This document shows positions 17,174-27,259 of a stretch of DNA of 64,000 bases, piece by piece. The stretch is from Clostridiales bacterium (GTDB lineage Bacteria; Bacillota; Clostridia; Saccharofermentanales; Saccharofermentanaceae). The notes beneath the pieces are model-generated. The model was not told the DNA's origin. It worked only from the letters and a program-made list of their open reading frames with translations, and ran no database searches. Location: the NCBI GenBank assembly GCA_017513085.1, contig JAFWDK010000029.1, positions 96,001 to 160,000 of the forward strand. Reading direction: 5' to 3'. Numbering within the stretch: the first letter of the stretch is position 1; each line of letters begins with the position of its first letter. The position numbers and the translations under genes are program-made.

Positions 17174-18790
17174 TTATTTGGCGTCGACATCCACTTTCTG
17201 ATTGATGGTGTAGACTACTGTTTGCGGATCGGCGGCGGCGAAGTAGTAGCATGTGTCCTGGTCTTGAGCTTGAGGATCCAGGTCGTAATAATTTTCACCT
17301 GAAAAACTATCCGGTAAAAAGAGGATCAACAAGTACTCGGTTCCATCAATCGTTGCGGTAGGGTAAGGCTCGAAAAGATAATTTGAAACATCTATGTCAT
17401 ATAGATCCAGGGAATAGAAGATTCCTGTTCCTTCCGTGAACATATTCAAGAGCTGGTCATAATGTCTGTTGAATGCCGGCATGTCAGATGTTTTAGGTAC
17501 TGCAAAGAAACAGTAATCTCCTTCAATTGCTGGCATCGGAAGATCAAGACCGAAGCTTTCATAAGTATATGTGGAGTCATATTTTTTGACCGGTAAAGAA
17601 TTGCCATTGAAAGTCGCCGTTAAGTTTTTCGGATCGATCCTGAGCATGTTCGGATCATAAGTATAACCACTCAGCGTCTTGATGTGGATCTGGATCTTAT
17701 CTACATCTTTGTGATAGATAGATGGAAGGATATAACAATCGAAAGACTCTTCTGTTATCTGGTCGCCTTCAACAAGAAAATTAGTTAAGACTTGAGGTTG
17801 AGCATAGTTTCCGGTTTCGATATGGGAAAAAGGATCGGCGATGACCTGTCCTTTCTCATCGGTGAGATAGATCTCGAATCCATAAGCATAGAAGTCGGGG
17901 ATATTCGGTCTTTCAAGGATGAGCTTGGTGCCTGTGTTGTAAAGCATCATCTCGAGAATGGTGATCTCTTGCTTCTCATAGGTGAATGACTTGTTGATAC
18001 GATAATACTTGGATGCTTTGCGCACGACATCGTGAAATTCAATATGGAATGAGTCCACGGTGTGCTCCTGATTATATTTTCGGTTTTCTTCATTTTTGGC
18101 AGCGAGTTCAGGGGAAGAGAAGGTATCTTCCTGTGCAAACATATCATACATATCAAAATATGCTTTGGGCTCGCAGTCGAATACGGAAAACTCTATAGCA
18201 AAATCCGTTTTAAGGGGGAGATCATAGAGCTGTACGTAAGACTCTTTACCAAGGTGATAGTTGAAAGATGAAAGGAGCTGTTCTTTTTGAGGGAGTTCGT
18301 CGTCCAGTCTGACAAAGTGGAAATCGCCAAGATAATACTGTTGGGATTCCAGATCCAGATCCGTAAACATATCCATGAAAAAAACAAAGGAAAGATGGTC
18401 CGCAAGAAAAGATTTTACTTCACAATCGATTGTGCCTTTTTCGCCGGAAAAGCGCTTGTGAACTTCGGTGAAATCCCCCGCTTCGATAGCTTCTTTAATA
18501 TCATCGCTGAGCGCTTCACGGATGTCGGAACGAAGGATCAGAGCGGAACTGAATTTGCCGAGAACCGGGAGATCCGTAGCGGTTCTGGCAAACGTCAGCG
18601 ATGCGTTTACCCCGATAAAGAGTGTGACAAAAAGCAATGCGGCAACGGAAAGTGCCACTTTCCCTGCAAATGCGATGTTATGGCGAGTCTTCCGCTTCTT
18701 GGTTTTTTCTACGATCGTTTCCATATTCAGGCGATCTGGTATACGTTGTGCTTCGAAAGCCAGCTCGTTCAATTTATCTTCTATGTTCAT
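17174..18790 (-). CDS. Anti-sigma factor, RsiV/DUF4179-like N-terminus
   Basis: Coupled to the upstream sigma; IPDRL...TM...VNASLTFA...LPVLGK pattern. Confidence 0.7.
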   Translation of the reverse strand: MNIEDKLNELAFEAQRIPDRLNMETIVEKTKKRKTRHNIAFAGKVALSVAALLFVTLFIGVNASLTFARTATDLPVLGKFSSALILRSDIREALSDDIKEAIEAGDFTEVHKRFSGEKGTIDCEVKSFLADHLSFVFFMDMFTDLDLESQQYYLGDFHFVRLDDELPQKEQLLSSFNYHLGKESYVQLYDLPLKTDFAIEFSVFDCEPKAYFDMYDMFAQEDTFSSPELAAKNEENRKYNQEHTVDSFHIEFHDVVRKASKYYRINKSFTYEKQEITILEMMLYNTGTKLILERPNIPDFYAYGFEIYLTDEKGQVIADPFSHIETGNYAQPQVLTNFLVEGDQITEESFDCYILPSIYHKDVDKIQIHIKTLSGYTYDPNMLRIDPKNLTATFNGNSLPVKKYDSTYTYESFGLDLPMPAIEGDYCFFAVPKTSDMPAFNRHYDQLLNMFTEGTGIFYSLDLYDIDVSNYLFEPYPTATIDGTEYLLILFLPDSFSGENYYDLDPQAQDQDTCYYFAAADPQTVVYTINQKVDVDAK

Positions 18791-19374
18791 GTTTCTTCTC
18801 CTCCAAGATCAATGCGTAAAAGGTCAAGTGCCCGGCGGACACGAGTGCCGACAGTACCTATCGGAATGTCCAGCATTTCGGCGATCTCTTTTGTGGCGTA
18901 GCCTGCGAAATACTTGAGTGAAATGATTTTCTGAAGATCATCGGGTAACCTGGATAGAGCTTCGCTCAGTTCAAGTCTGCTTATGGAAGGTTCGAGAACG
19001 GGTTCGTGATCCACCACATATTCTTCAAAACTCCTGTGTTTCTTCGCTTTCTTGTACTGCGTCGCGCAGAGATTCAACAAGATCCGGATCATCCACGTCT
19101 CGAAGAAATCTTCGTTCTTCAAGGTCTTTTTCTTCAAGTATCCGCGATAGATTGCGTCGTCTACGAGATCACAGGCCGTGGTCTCGCTGCAGAAATACGA
19201 GTAGGCGATGGCATACATTTTCTGCCGTATTTTTTCGACTCTACTGAAAAAAACATCATCATTCATGACTGATTCTTTTCCCTTTTTCTTGCTTCGGACG
19301 TCGTCTTTGCCCCGGGATCTTATGGAATCATCCTGTTCCAATACTACTTCATTGTTCATAATCTGCTCCTGCAT
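18787..19374 (-). CDS. ECF sigma factor, SigV-like (start uncertain)
   Basis: KMYAIAYSY...LKNEDFFETWMIRILLNLC...EIAEMLDIPIGTV. Confidence 0.88.
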   Translation of the reverse strand: MQEQIMNNEVVLEQDDSIRSRGKDDVRSKKKGKESVMNDDVFFSRVEKIRQKMYAIAYSYFCSETTACDLVDDAIYRGYLKKKTLKNEDFFETWMIRILLNLCATQYKKAKKHRSFEEYVVDHEPVLEPSISRLELSEALSRLPDDLQKIISLKYFAGYATKEIAEMLDIPIGTVGTRVRRALDLLRIDLGGEET

Positions 19375-19440
19375 CTTTTATCCGGATAAAGTGGTGTGTT
19401 GCGCGTCTTTGATAGGAGGCGCTTCGTGTACTTCAATAAT

Positions 19441-19467
19441 TAGACAATTCAACAGGGCATTTTTTTC
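19441..19467 (-). promoter_or_regulatory. Putative ECF promoter GAAAAAAATGCC-N9-TGTCTA
   Basis: Lies upstream of the sigma gene; same motif and spacing at 59478-59504. Confidence 0.55.
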
Positions 19468-19548
19468 TCGGAGGAGAAAAATTATTTATATGATAACAGA
19501 AAAAACACAAAAAGAGGGAAAAAGTATTGGGAGAAGTGCTTTTGCCAC

Positions 19549-19577
19549 TTGACGAGGGACGGACCATGTAGTAACAT
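19549..19577 (+). promoter_or_regulatory. Sigma-A promoter of rpmE
   Basis: TTGACG-17-TAACAT. Confidence 0.6.
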
Positions 19578-19656
19578 TATCAGGCACGTGAAGTCCGGTT
19601 TGGCATACGTGGTGAACGAAATTACGCGCCAGACCTTTGATTGAGAGGTGAAAGAA

Positions 19657-19863
19657 ATGAAAGAAGGCATCCATCCGAAGACACAGGTTGTCACCGTAAA
19701 GTGCGCATGCGGCGAGACTTTCGAGACAACTTCCACAAAGAGCAGCCTGCGTGTTGACATCTGCTCCAAGTGCCACCCGTTCTACACAGGTAAGCAGAAG
19801 CTCGTAGATACAGGCGGACGTATCGATAAGTTTAAGAAGAGAATGAACCAGGGTCAGAACTGA
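19657..19863 (+). CDS. rpmE: 50S ribosomal protein L31 (Zn-binding type)
   Basis: [26 protein letters not shown]. Confidence 0.97.
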   Translation: MKEGIHPKTQVVTVKCACGETFETTSTKSSLRVDICSKCHPFYTGKQKLVDTGGRIDKFKKRMNQGQN

Positions 19864-19887
19864 TCATTCCGGTTAAAGAGAACTTTC

Positions 19888-19920
19888 AAAGGTCGTTTCA
19901 ATTCGAAACGACCTTTTTTT
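19888..19920 (+). terminator. Intrinsic terminator after rpmE
   Basis: AAAGGTCGTTTC/GAAACGACCTTT stem plus T tract. Confidence 0.8.
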
Positions 19921-19998
19921 CGTGCGCGAGGTAGTCCGCTTCGGGAATATCTGTTAGAATGGGTAGTGATGTGTATCCGTATTTAGAAAGGGTAACCT

Positions 19999-21417
19999 AT
20001 GAGCGAAAACAATGAAAATGTAAATAGCGGAATGCCGGCGGCTGAAAGTTCGCCGGATGAGGCGGCTTCGGCGTTTACTCCTGAGCAGGAGGCCGTCGAG
20101 ACAAGATTCCTGATCGAACAGGAAGAAGCGCAGCATGCGGCACAAGCTGCTGAGCCGGTGATTGAGGCTGCGAAAGATGCGGAACCTGCATTGGAAGTGC
20201 AGCCGCAGGACCAGGAAGTGCAGAAGACAGCCCCGATGCAGGCGGCACCACATGTGAAGCCGAAGAAGACGACTATCGGTGGTCAGGCCCTGATCGAGGG
20301 CATCATGATGTGCGGTCCGAGAAGAACGTCCATCGCAGTCAGGAAAGCGGATGGTTCTATCTATGTGGAAGAAATAAAGAAGAGCACCAGCGAAACATTC
20401 TTCGAAAAAGTGCCTTTTGTTCGAGGATGTATCCGTTTCTTCCGTCAGTTGGTGACAGGTACCGCCGCGATGATGAAGTCGGCAGAGATCTCCGAACAGG
20501 GCGCCCCCGCTGAGGAGAACGAGGCTTCAGAACTCCTGAATCATGAAACAGAAACGATCAAGACTGTATCGGATGCGGCAGAAGCAGTTGCTTCCGATAC
20601 GATCAAAGAGGTAAAAGAAGTCAGTGATACCGACGATATTGCCGCGACAGACGATTTGAATATTTCCGCGATCTCCGAGGAGACGGCCGGAAAGAAGAAC
20701 ACGGCGGGCGACATGAAGAGCGCGAAAGGCGAGAGCAAGCTGGACAAGTGGGTAAACAAACATAGCGATGGTGTTATGGTCTTTGCTGCTGTTCTCGGCC
20801 TGGCTTTCAGTATCATGCTCTTTATTCTTCTCCCGCGTCTTATCGTGGATGGTATCCTGGGTTTGTTTGCCGCAGAGCGCTCGGATTCGGTCGGACTGAA
20901 TGTGGGATTGAACTTTGTGGAAGGATTCCTTCGTATCATCATCTTCCTTTTGTACCTGATCTTTACGTCAAAAATCAAGGATATCGCGCGCGTTTGGATG
21001 TACCACGGCGCCGAGCACAAGACCATCGCCTGCTACGAGGCCGGCGAGATGCTGACTGTGGAAAACGTTAAGAAATTCAGCCGCTTCCATCCGCGTTGCG
21101 GTACGGCTTTCCTTTTCATCGTCGTTTTGATCTCGATCCTTGTATTCTGCGTAGCAAGCGTATTTATCGGTGTCAACGTATGGTGGATCAACCTTCTGAT
21201 CCGACTGGCTCTGGTGCCGCTGATCGGTGGTATATCCTTTGAGATCCTCCGCTTTACCGGCCGCCACGACCAGAATCCCGTATGCAAGATCTTCATCGCG
21301 CCGGGACTGTGGCTGCAGAGATTTACTACCAGAGAACCGAATGACAGCATGATCGAAGTGGCGATCGCCGCGATGTCAGCAGTTATTCCGGAAAACAGCA
21401 AAGAGGATATCTGGTGA
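19999..21417 (+). CDS. DUF1385 membrane protein
   Basis: IGGQALIEGIMM, YHGAEHKTI, HPRCGT, PGLWLQRFTTREP. Confidence 0.9.
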   Translation: MSENNENVNSGMPAAESSPDEAASAFTPEQEAVETRFLIEQEEAQHAAQAAEPVIEAAKDAEPALEVQPQDQEVQKTAPMQAAPHVKPKKTTIGGQALIEGIMMCGPRRTSIAVRKADGSIYVEEIKKSTSETFFEKVPFVRGCIRFFRQLVTGTAAMMKSAEISEQGAPAEENEASELLNHETETIKTVSDAAEAVASDTIKEVKEVSDTDDIAATDDLNISAISEETAGKKNTAGDMKSAKGESKLDKWVNKHSDGVMVFAAVLGLAFSIMLFILLPRLIVDGILGLFAAERSDSVGLNVGLNFVEGFLRIIIFLLYLIFTSKIKDIARVWMYHGAEHKTIACYEAGEMLTVENVKKFSRFHPRCGTAFLFIVVLISILVFCVASVFIGVNVWWINLLIRLALVPLIGGISFEILRFTGRHDQNPVCKIFIAPGLWLQRFTTREPNDSMIEVAIAAMSAVIPENSKEDIW

Positions 21418-22358
21418 CACTTCGCGAGTATCTGCAAGAAAAAACGGAACTTCTAACTGAGTCGGCCATTCCCGATGCGGAAAATGAAGTGTGGGTCATT
21501 CTTTTGACGTGCACAGGCCGAAGCAAGGCGGAGCTCCGTTTTTTGTTGCCTGATTCTGTGGAAGAAGCATTTCCGTCTGAGGTCCGAGTGTATTTGGAGG
21601 AGGTTTTCCGTCGTCGTGCGGGGCACGAGCCATTAGCCTATATTGTAGGACATGCGCCATTTTATGACATGGAGTTTTCTGTCGGAAAAGGCGTCCTGAT
21701 CCCCCGCTTCGATAGTGAGATCCTGGTGGAAACCGCGCTGGCATGTCTGGGTTTTTCGGAATTCACGGTAGGCATTCCATCCGAAACTCCCGTGGTTTCC
21801 TGTTGGAACAAAAAAAGCATCGAGCCGGTGGTGATCTTTGATCTCTGCACGGGATCCGGGATCCTTGGCATCACCTTGGCACACCAGTTGGCTGCCAAAC
21901 AAATACCCTGCCGGGTGACCCTGACAGAGATTTCGCAAGACGCGGCTGCTTTTGCCCAAAAGAATGTGGAAACACTGATCGGTAAACAAAGCCGGACAGA
22001 CGTCAAAGTCGAGATCGCAGACCTTTGGCCGCAAACGGCAGAGAAAGCGGATCTCATTATATCGAATCCGCCATACATCCCCCAAAGCCAGATGCAGGGG
22101 CTTTTGCCGGAAGTTAAAGAACATGAGCCGGCATTGGCTCTGACAGATGGAGGGGACGGGCTTTCTATGTATCGAAGGATCTTTTCCGGTGTTGGCCGCT
22201 ATTTGAAGACCGGTGGGGCATTACTGCTCGAGCATGGGTTCGATCAGGCCCAGGCGGTTCGTGAACTGGCAGGAGAGCGCTGGGAGAAGATCACATGTAT
22301 ACAGGATTACGGGCAGCAGGACCGCGTGACATGCGGCATTTATCGTGGGGAGGCGTAA
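21414..22358 (+). CDS. prmC: Release factor glutamine methyltransferase
   Basis: EPLAYIVG, VLIPR, DLCTGSG, SNPPY. Confidence 0.93.
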   Translation: MTLREYLQEKTELLTESAIPDAENEVWVILLTCTGRSKAELRFLLPDSVEEAFPSEVRVYLEEVFRRRAGHEPLAYIVGHAPFYDMEFSVGKGVLIPRFDSEILVETALACLGFSEFTVGIPSETPVVSCWNKKSIEPVVIFDLCTGSGILGITLAHQLAAKQIPCRVTLTEISQDAAAFAQKNVETLIGKQSRTDVKVEIADLWPQTAEKADLIISNPPYIPQSQMQGLLPEVKEHEPALALTDGGDGLSMYRRIFSGVGRYLKTGGALLLEHGFDQAQAVRELAGERWEKITCIQDYGQQDRVTCGIYRGEA

Positions 22359-22359
22359 G

Positions 22360-22569
22360 ATGCAAGGACAGTTCTTTTTATATCCGTATCAAGAAGGTCA
22401 GGTCGTGACCATGAAGAAGAGTCACCCGTGTGGAGGCAAAACATGGAAACTGCTGCGTGTCGGAGCCGAAGTGCTCATGGCGTGCGAGACGTGCGGACAT
22501 AAGATGACCATGAAGCGAAGTGCGCTCGAAAAGGCTTGCACGAAGGTCAGCGATTCGCAGAATTCATAA
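22360..22569 (+). CDS. DUF951 family protein
   Basis: MKKSHPCGG..W.LLRVGA....CETCGH; RBS GGAGG. Confidence 0.88.
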   Translation: MQGQFFLYPYQEGQVVTMKKSHPCGGKTWKLLRVGAEVLMACETCGHKMTMKRSALEKACTKVSDSQNS

Positions 22570-22696
22570 AAAAATAAAACGCGATTTTTAAACCCCTGAA
22601 ATCTCTGTGTAACAAGGAAACTTGGATTTCATGGTAAAATACATTGACGGCTATATATCCTTTGCCGGGCACAAGCGACATTAGAAGGAGAGTTCT

Positions 22697-25444
22697 ATGT
22701 ACCGAAATTGCGGCATGCGCAAGAGGAATAGCATCAGTGTGTTTTTGGCACTGTGTTTGTTTTTGAGCGGCTGGCTGAACAGCCTGACCGGTCTTTCTTC
22801 CGTGCGTGCAGATGATGTGGATACCGAAGCGACGCCTGCGTATAACGCAACGGTGTATGTGTACGGAATCGGCGAATATTTGAATGTCCGAAATGTTGCC
22901 GGCACCACAAAGAGTTATGTTATTGATCAGATCTTCCGTGGCACACGTGTATATATCAATAAGTATGAGACGGTAGCGGGAGACCCGAGTGGCTGCGAAA
23001 AGTGGTGTGAAGTCATCTATAAGACGCGCGGGCAGACAGTCAGAGGTCACGTGATCGCTGATTATCTGGTGCCGGATGTGTCCTGTTCGCAGGAGTTCGA
23101 GGAAGAAATCGCGGATTTCCCGGAAAGCTATAAGCCTTACCTGCGTCTCTTGCACAGCAAATTCCCGAACTGGAAATTCGAAGCGGTAAAAGCTTCGGCC
23201 GACTGGAATACGATTATGAAGGTTGAAACCGAGCTGGGTACCAGCGCGATCCCGAACTGGGTACCGGATACCTGGAAATCCCATGAGCCCGGTGCTTACG
23301 ATCCGAAAACCGGAAAGTATCACGAAGTGGACAGTGGTGGCTGGGTCAACGCTGCCTACGACGTCGTGGCCTATTACCTGGATCCGAGAAATATGCTTTT
23401 TGATTCACAGGTCTTCCAGTTCCTGGATCTTGGCTATGATCCGAAGATCCAGACCAAAGAAGCGGTCAAGAGCATCATCGGAAATACATTTATGAATCAG
23501 TGGGATGTTTATCGTGAGCCGACCCCGACTCCGGTTCCGGTACCGGCAGAACTCCCGGAGGTTCCGATCGAGGATAAGGTTCCTCAGGTATCTCCGCCAC
23601 CGCAACCGGATGATACAAGAGATGACAAACATCGTACCCAAGGTCATGGTTATTTTGAGGATCCATCGGCCCCGACTCCGACAGATACTCCGACGCCGAC
23701 TCCGTCACCAAGTCCGAAACCGACGTCGACTCCGTCACCGACCCCGACTCCGGATCCGCTTATTCCTGTGCCGCATTGGCAGGCCTTGATGGAAGCGGCG
23801 GAACAGTCCGGCATCAGTCCGGTCTACCTCGCGTCGAAGATCATTCAGGAGGTCGGCAAAGAGGGCAGTGACTCGATTTTCGGTACGGGTCATAACGGGC
23901 TTTATCCCGGTTATTACAACTACTATAACATCGGCGCGTATGCGGCCGACGGATATGACGCTATGGGCCGTGGCCTGTGGTATGCATCCTGCAGCGACGG
24001 AGAAAACGAGCGCTATATGCGTCCGTGGAACACCGGCTATAAGGCTATCGTCGGTGGCGCGATCTGGCAAAGACTCAACTACTACGATATCGGGCAGAAC
24101 AGTCTTTTCCTCATGAAGTTTAACGTGACTCCGGAAGATCCGGCTCAGGTGGGACTCCATCAGTACATGACCAATGTCCGCGCGCTGGAAAACGAGTCAT
24201 ATAAGATGTACCAGGCATATGGTAACATCAACAAGTTCTCTAAAGACCTTCTCTTTAAGATCCCTGTGTTTGACGGCATGCCGGCTGAAGCGGCGCATCT
24301 TCCGCCAACGATCGGCCCGGCGCAGTATATCCGTGATATCTATAAGAGTATTCTGGGCGTGCATATCCAGGACAGCGTCGTCCGTTCCTGGTCCAATAAG
24401 ATCATGTCCGACAACATGAACGCCTACACATTGGCGTACGAACTGGCCTACCACCCGAGAGTGCTTTTTAAGAAGCTGGATGACAAGGACTATATTACGT
24501 TCATCTATAAGGGTCTGATGGAAGACGAAGTGCCGAAGAATGTAGTCGATGGTTATTTGAAGAAATTCGAAGAAGGCATGACGAGATCGGAATATGTTGA
24601 AGAATTGCTCAATTCATCGGTGTTCAATCTGCGGCTGAAGAAGTACGGCATCGTCCGCAAGACGTTCAAGTGCACGGATGCGCAGAAGCACTACGATAAC
24701 GATGCGCTCTTTATCGATCGCTTGTACAGCACTGCGCTCGGACGTGAAACAGAGTATGGTGGTTTTGAATTCTGGGTCAAGAAGGTCAGAAACGAAGGAA
24801 CCAGCTATTCGGCGCTTGTTGAGTTCTTCGCGCTTTCGGAAGAGGCAAAAGCAACATACAAGACGAACTCGTCGTACATCAATATGTTGTATAAGGCGAT
24901 CTACGATCGTGACGCCGATGAGGGCGGTTTCGAGTACTGGATGGCATACATGGACTTTGGCATGAACCGTCAGGAAGTTCTGGAAGGTTTCCTGGGCGGA
25001 CAGGAGTTCGCCAACCTTTGCAAGCGCTATGGCGGTAAGAAGGGTTCCTATAAGGCGGGCAAGGCTTCCGGTGTGGATAAATACCTGAACGTGGTGGGCG
25101 TATCTCACTTCGTAAAACGTATGTATGAGGTCGTACTTGACCGTGAGTGCGAGACGAAGGGATATTGCTACTGGGGCAACCAGATCTGCACGCATAAGCT
25201 TACCGGCGCGGATATGGCCTGGAAGTTCGTCTTCAGTACCGAGTACCTGGAGAAAAAGTCCACGGATGAAGAGTACGTTACCATGCTTTATAAGTCCATC
25301 ATGGGACGTGATCCGGAAGAGGGCGGAATGAAGTACTGGCTCGACGCAATGAAGCACGGCGCGTCACGTGAACACATCCTGAATGAGTTCGTCAAATCCC
25401 AGGAGTATGCAGACATCTGCGCGAAGTACGGAATAGACGTCTGA
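22697..25444 (+). CDS. Secreted glucosaminidase-like cell-wall hydrolase with SH3 and C-terminal DUF4214 repeats
   Basis: Signal peptide, LNVR SH3, SPVYLASKIIQEVG, YYNYYNIGA, HQYMTNV; repeated LY..ALGR..E..G..YW units. Confidence 0.8.
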   Translation: MYRNCGMRKRNSISVFLALCLFLSGWLNSLTGLSSVRADDVDTEATPAYNATVYVYGIGEYLNVRNVAGTTKSYVIDQIFRGTRVYINKYETVAGDPSGCEKWCEVIYKTRGQTVRGHVIADYLVPDVSCSQEFEEEIADFPESYKPYLRLLHSKFPNWKFEAVKASADWNTIMKVETELGTSAIPNWVPDTWKSHEPGAYDPKTGKYHEVDSGGWVNAAYDVVAYYLDPRNMLFDSQVFQFLDLGYDPKIQTKEAVKSIIGNTFMNQWDVYREPTPTPVPVPAELPEVPIEDKVPQVSPPPQPDDTRDDKHRTQGHGYFEDPSAPTPTDTPTPTPSPSPKPTSTPSPTPTPDPLIPVPHWQALMEAAEQSGISPVYLASKIIQEVGKEGSDSIFGTGHNGLYPGYYNYYNIGAYAADGYDAMGRGLWYASCSDGENERYMRPWNTGYKAIVGGAIWQRLNYYDIGQNSLFLMKFNVTPEDPAQVGLHQYMTNVRALENESYKMYQAYGNINKFSKDLLFKIPVFDGMPAEAAHLPPTIGPAQYIRDIYKSILGVHIQDSVVRSWSNKIMSDNMNAYTLAYELAYHPRVLFKKLDDKDYITFIYKGLMEDEVPKNVVDGYLKKFEEGMTRSEYVEELLNSSVFNLRLKKYGIVRKTFKCTDAQKHYDNDALFIDRLYSTALGRETEYGGFEFWVKKVRNEGTSYSALVEFFALSEEAKATYKTNSSYINMLYKAIYDRDADEGGFEYWMAYMDFGMNRQEVLEGFLGGQEFANLCKRYGGKKGSYKAGKASGVDKYLNVVGVSHFVKRMYEVVLDRECETKGYCYWGNQICTHKLTGADMAWKFVFSTEYLEKKSTDEEYVTMLYKSIMGRDPEEGGMKYWLDAMKHGASREHILNEFVKSQEYADICAKYGIDV

Positions 25445-25473
25445 CGTCTCTGATGTCCGAATCTGTCAGGTGG

Positions 25474-27102
25474 TTAGCCTCGTGCTTTCTTCATGCGTGC
25501 GCAGAAATCCGCGGCGCCCTTGCAGATCAGCTTCTGGTACGAAGGATCGGAAAGAAGCCGATCGTCTTCCGGATTGGACATGAAGCCCATCTCCAAAAGG
25601 AACGAAGGAACAGAGGTGGCCCAGTTCAGGCCGCTGTATCTCTCAGAAGCATTGCATCCACGGTATTTTGCACCCATTGCGGATGACATGGCATCGCCCA
25701 GCATATCGCCCCAGCCAACCTGTTTGTCAGCCAGTTCTCCGCGACTGCAGACAAAGACGCCGACACCGCGGGCCGAGGAGCTCTCCGCATCGTCGCAGTG
25801 CAGCCTCAGGAAGACATCGGCGTGGTTGTTTACCGCGATCTTGGCACGCTCGATATTCGAGATATTTACATCGTTTTCCGTTCTCGTCATGATGACCTTG
25901 GCACCCATGGAGGTAAGATAATCACGCATCATGAGTCCGATTTCCAGGGTTACTTCGTATTCCGGGCGGCCTGTGGCGACACCGGAGGTGCCGGCAGATA
26001 CTTTGATCTTCTGTTCGTCTGACCACGGAGCCAGCGGCTCGGTCTCGTAATTGGCGTGTTTCTGGTGACCGGGATCGATCACGATGACCATACCGGTCAG
26101 ATCGTATGGTGCGTCCGGATCCGGTGTCGGAGACGGGGAGGGCTCTGGTGTAGGCTCGACTGTCGGTTCCGGTGTAGGCGTTGGCTCAGGTGTCGGAGCA
26201 GGGCGGAAGGGATCCGCGCTTCTGTCCAGCGAACCACGCTCGATGCTGTAACTCTTACAGATATTCGTAAACTCCTCAGATTCGACAAACTCACAAAGGA
26301 TCTGGTAACGCGTGTTCCGGGAAATATAATCCAGCCAGAAAGCCTTGCCGTCTTCTTCCGGGTCACGATCCATCATGGTTCGGTACAGACGTGTCAGGTA
26401 TTCCTCATCAGAAAAACCGTGATCCAGGAATTCCTTACTCATGAAAAACTCGTTGGCCGCATCGCAAGCCAGAAGATCCTGGTTGGTGAGACCTAAAGCC
26501 CAGTAGAGAAGACCGGCTTCGTCCGGCTCACGGCCCAGGCAAGTGCTGTAGAGACGGGTCGCAAAGGCTTTGGCATTTTTGGAAGGGATCTCGGCCTTGG
26601 CCGTCGGCGCACCCGGACGGATCCCGTATGTGGCGCACAGATTGCACCATTCCGTGGAATCGATAAAACCGTTGACTGCATCGCTCTTGGTGTGGTCTTT
26701 CAAGTAATCCAGCCAGAAACCGGCTCCGCCTTCTTCGGAAGGACGGTCGAAAAACGTCAGGTACAAAGTCTCGACAAACGCCTGATCGGAAAGATTCCGG
26801 TTCTGAAACTCTTCAGCATCGATCAGGAAGAAGCGCGCACAATCCGCACCGGTATACCCTTCCTGTGTGACTTTTTGAAGCCAGTAGGCTTTGCCCTCTT
26901 CCTCCGAATCACGATCAAGAGCGACGTGATACAGACGCTCGATAAAATCCGCAAACGAAGGCTCTTCGACCGGCGGCTCCGGATCCTGTCCTTCCTGCGC
27001 ACGCGTAATTTTCTTTCCGGCCCAGGCACATACGCTCAACCCGAAAGTCAGGGCGAGAAGAAGTGACAGCAGCCGGATCTTTCTTGAATAATGTGATTTC
27101 AT
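25474..27102 (-). CDS. N-acetylmuramoyl-L-alanine amidase (Amidase_3) with N-terminal DUF4214 repeats
   Basis: IVIDPGH, MTRT, ERA, LRLHCD, LLEMGFMSN; PT linker. Confidence 0.9.
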   Translation of the reverse strand: MKSHYSRKIRLLSLLLALTFGLSVCAWAGKKITRAQEGQDPEPPVEEPSFADFIERLYHVALDRDSEEEGKAYWLQKVTQEGYTGADCARFFLIDAEEFQNRNLSDQAFVETLYLTFFDRPSEEGGAGFWLDYLKDHTKSDAVNGFIDSTEWCNLCATYGIRPGAPTAKAEIPSKNAKAFATRLYSTCLGREPDEAGLLYWALGLTNQDLLACDAANEFFMSKEFLDHGFSDEEYLTRLYRTMMDRDPEEDGKAFWLDYISRNTRYQILCEFVESEEFTNICKSYSIERGSLDRSADPFRPAPTPEPTPTPEPTVEPTPEPSPSPTPDPDAPYDLTGMVIVIDPGHQKHANYETEPLAPWSDEQKIKVSAGTSGVATGRPEYEVTLEIGLMMRDYLTSMGAKVIMTRTENDVNISNIERAKIAVNNHADVFLRLHCDDAESSSARGVGVFVCSRGELADKQVGWGDMLGDAMSSAMGAKYRGCNASERYSGLNWATSVPSFLLEMGFMSNPEDDRLLSDPSYQKLICKGAADFCARMKKARG

Positions 27103-27200
27103 ATGGAAAAGAACTCCTTGCCGTTTCTTTTTTTCTTCATTCTATCTTTTTTGTGGCCGGCGGGCAATGCGAAGAAGGGAAGACAGCGGTAAAAGCAATA

Positions 27201-27230
27201 AAAAACCGGCTTCCTCGAAAGGAAGCCGGT
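27201..27230 (-). terminator. Intrinsic terminator after the GGGtGRT gene
   Basis: ACCGGCTTCC/GGAAGCCGGT stem with an A run (T tract on the minus strand). Confidence 0.75.
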
Positions 27231-27259
27231 GATAAACTCGTTTCGGGAATGAAGAAGAA

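Noticed and set aside
16467-17302. ORFs 16467..17072, 16901..17302 and 4388..4588
   Set aside because: They overlap the tRNA or att sequences; spurious translations
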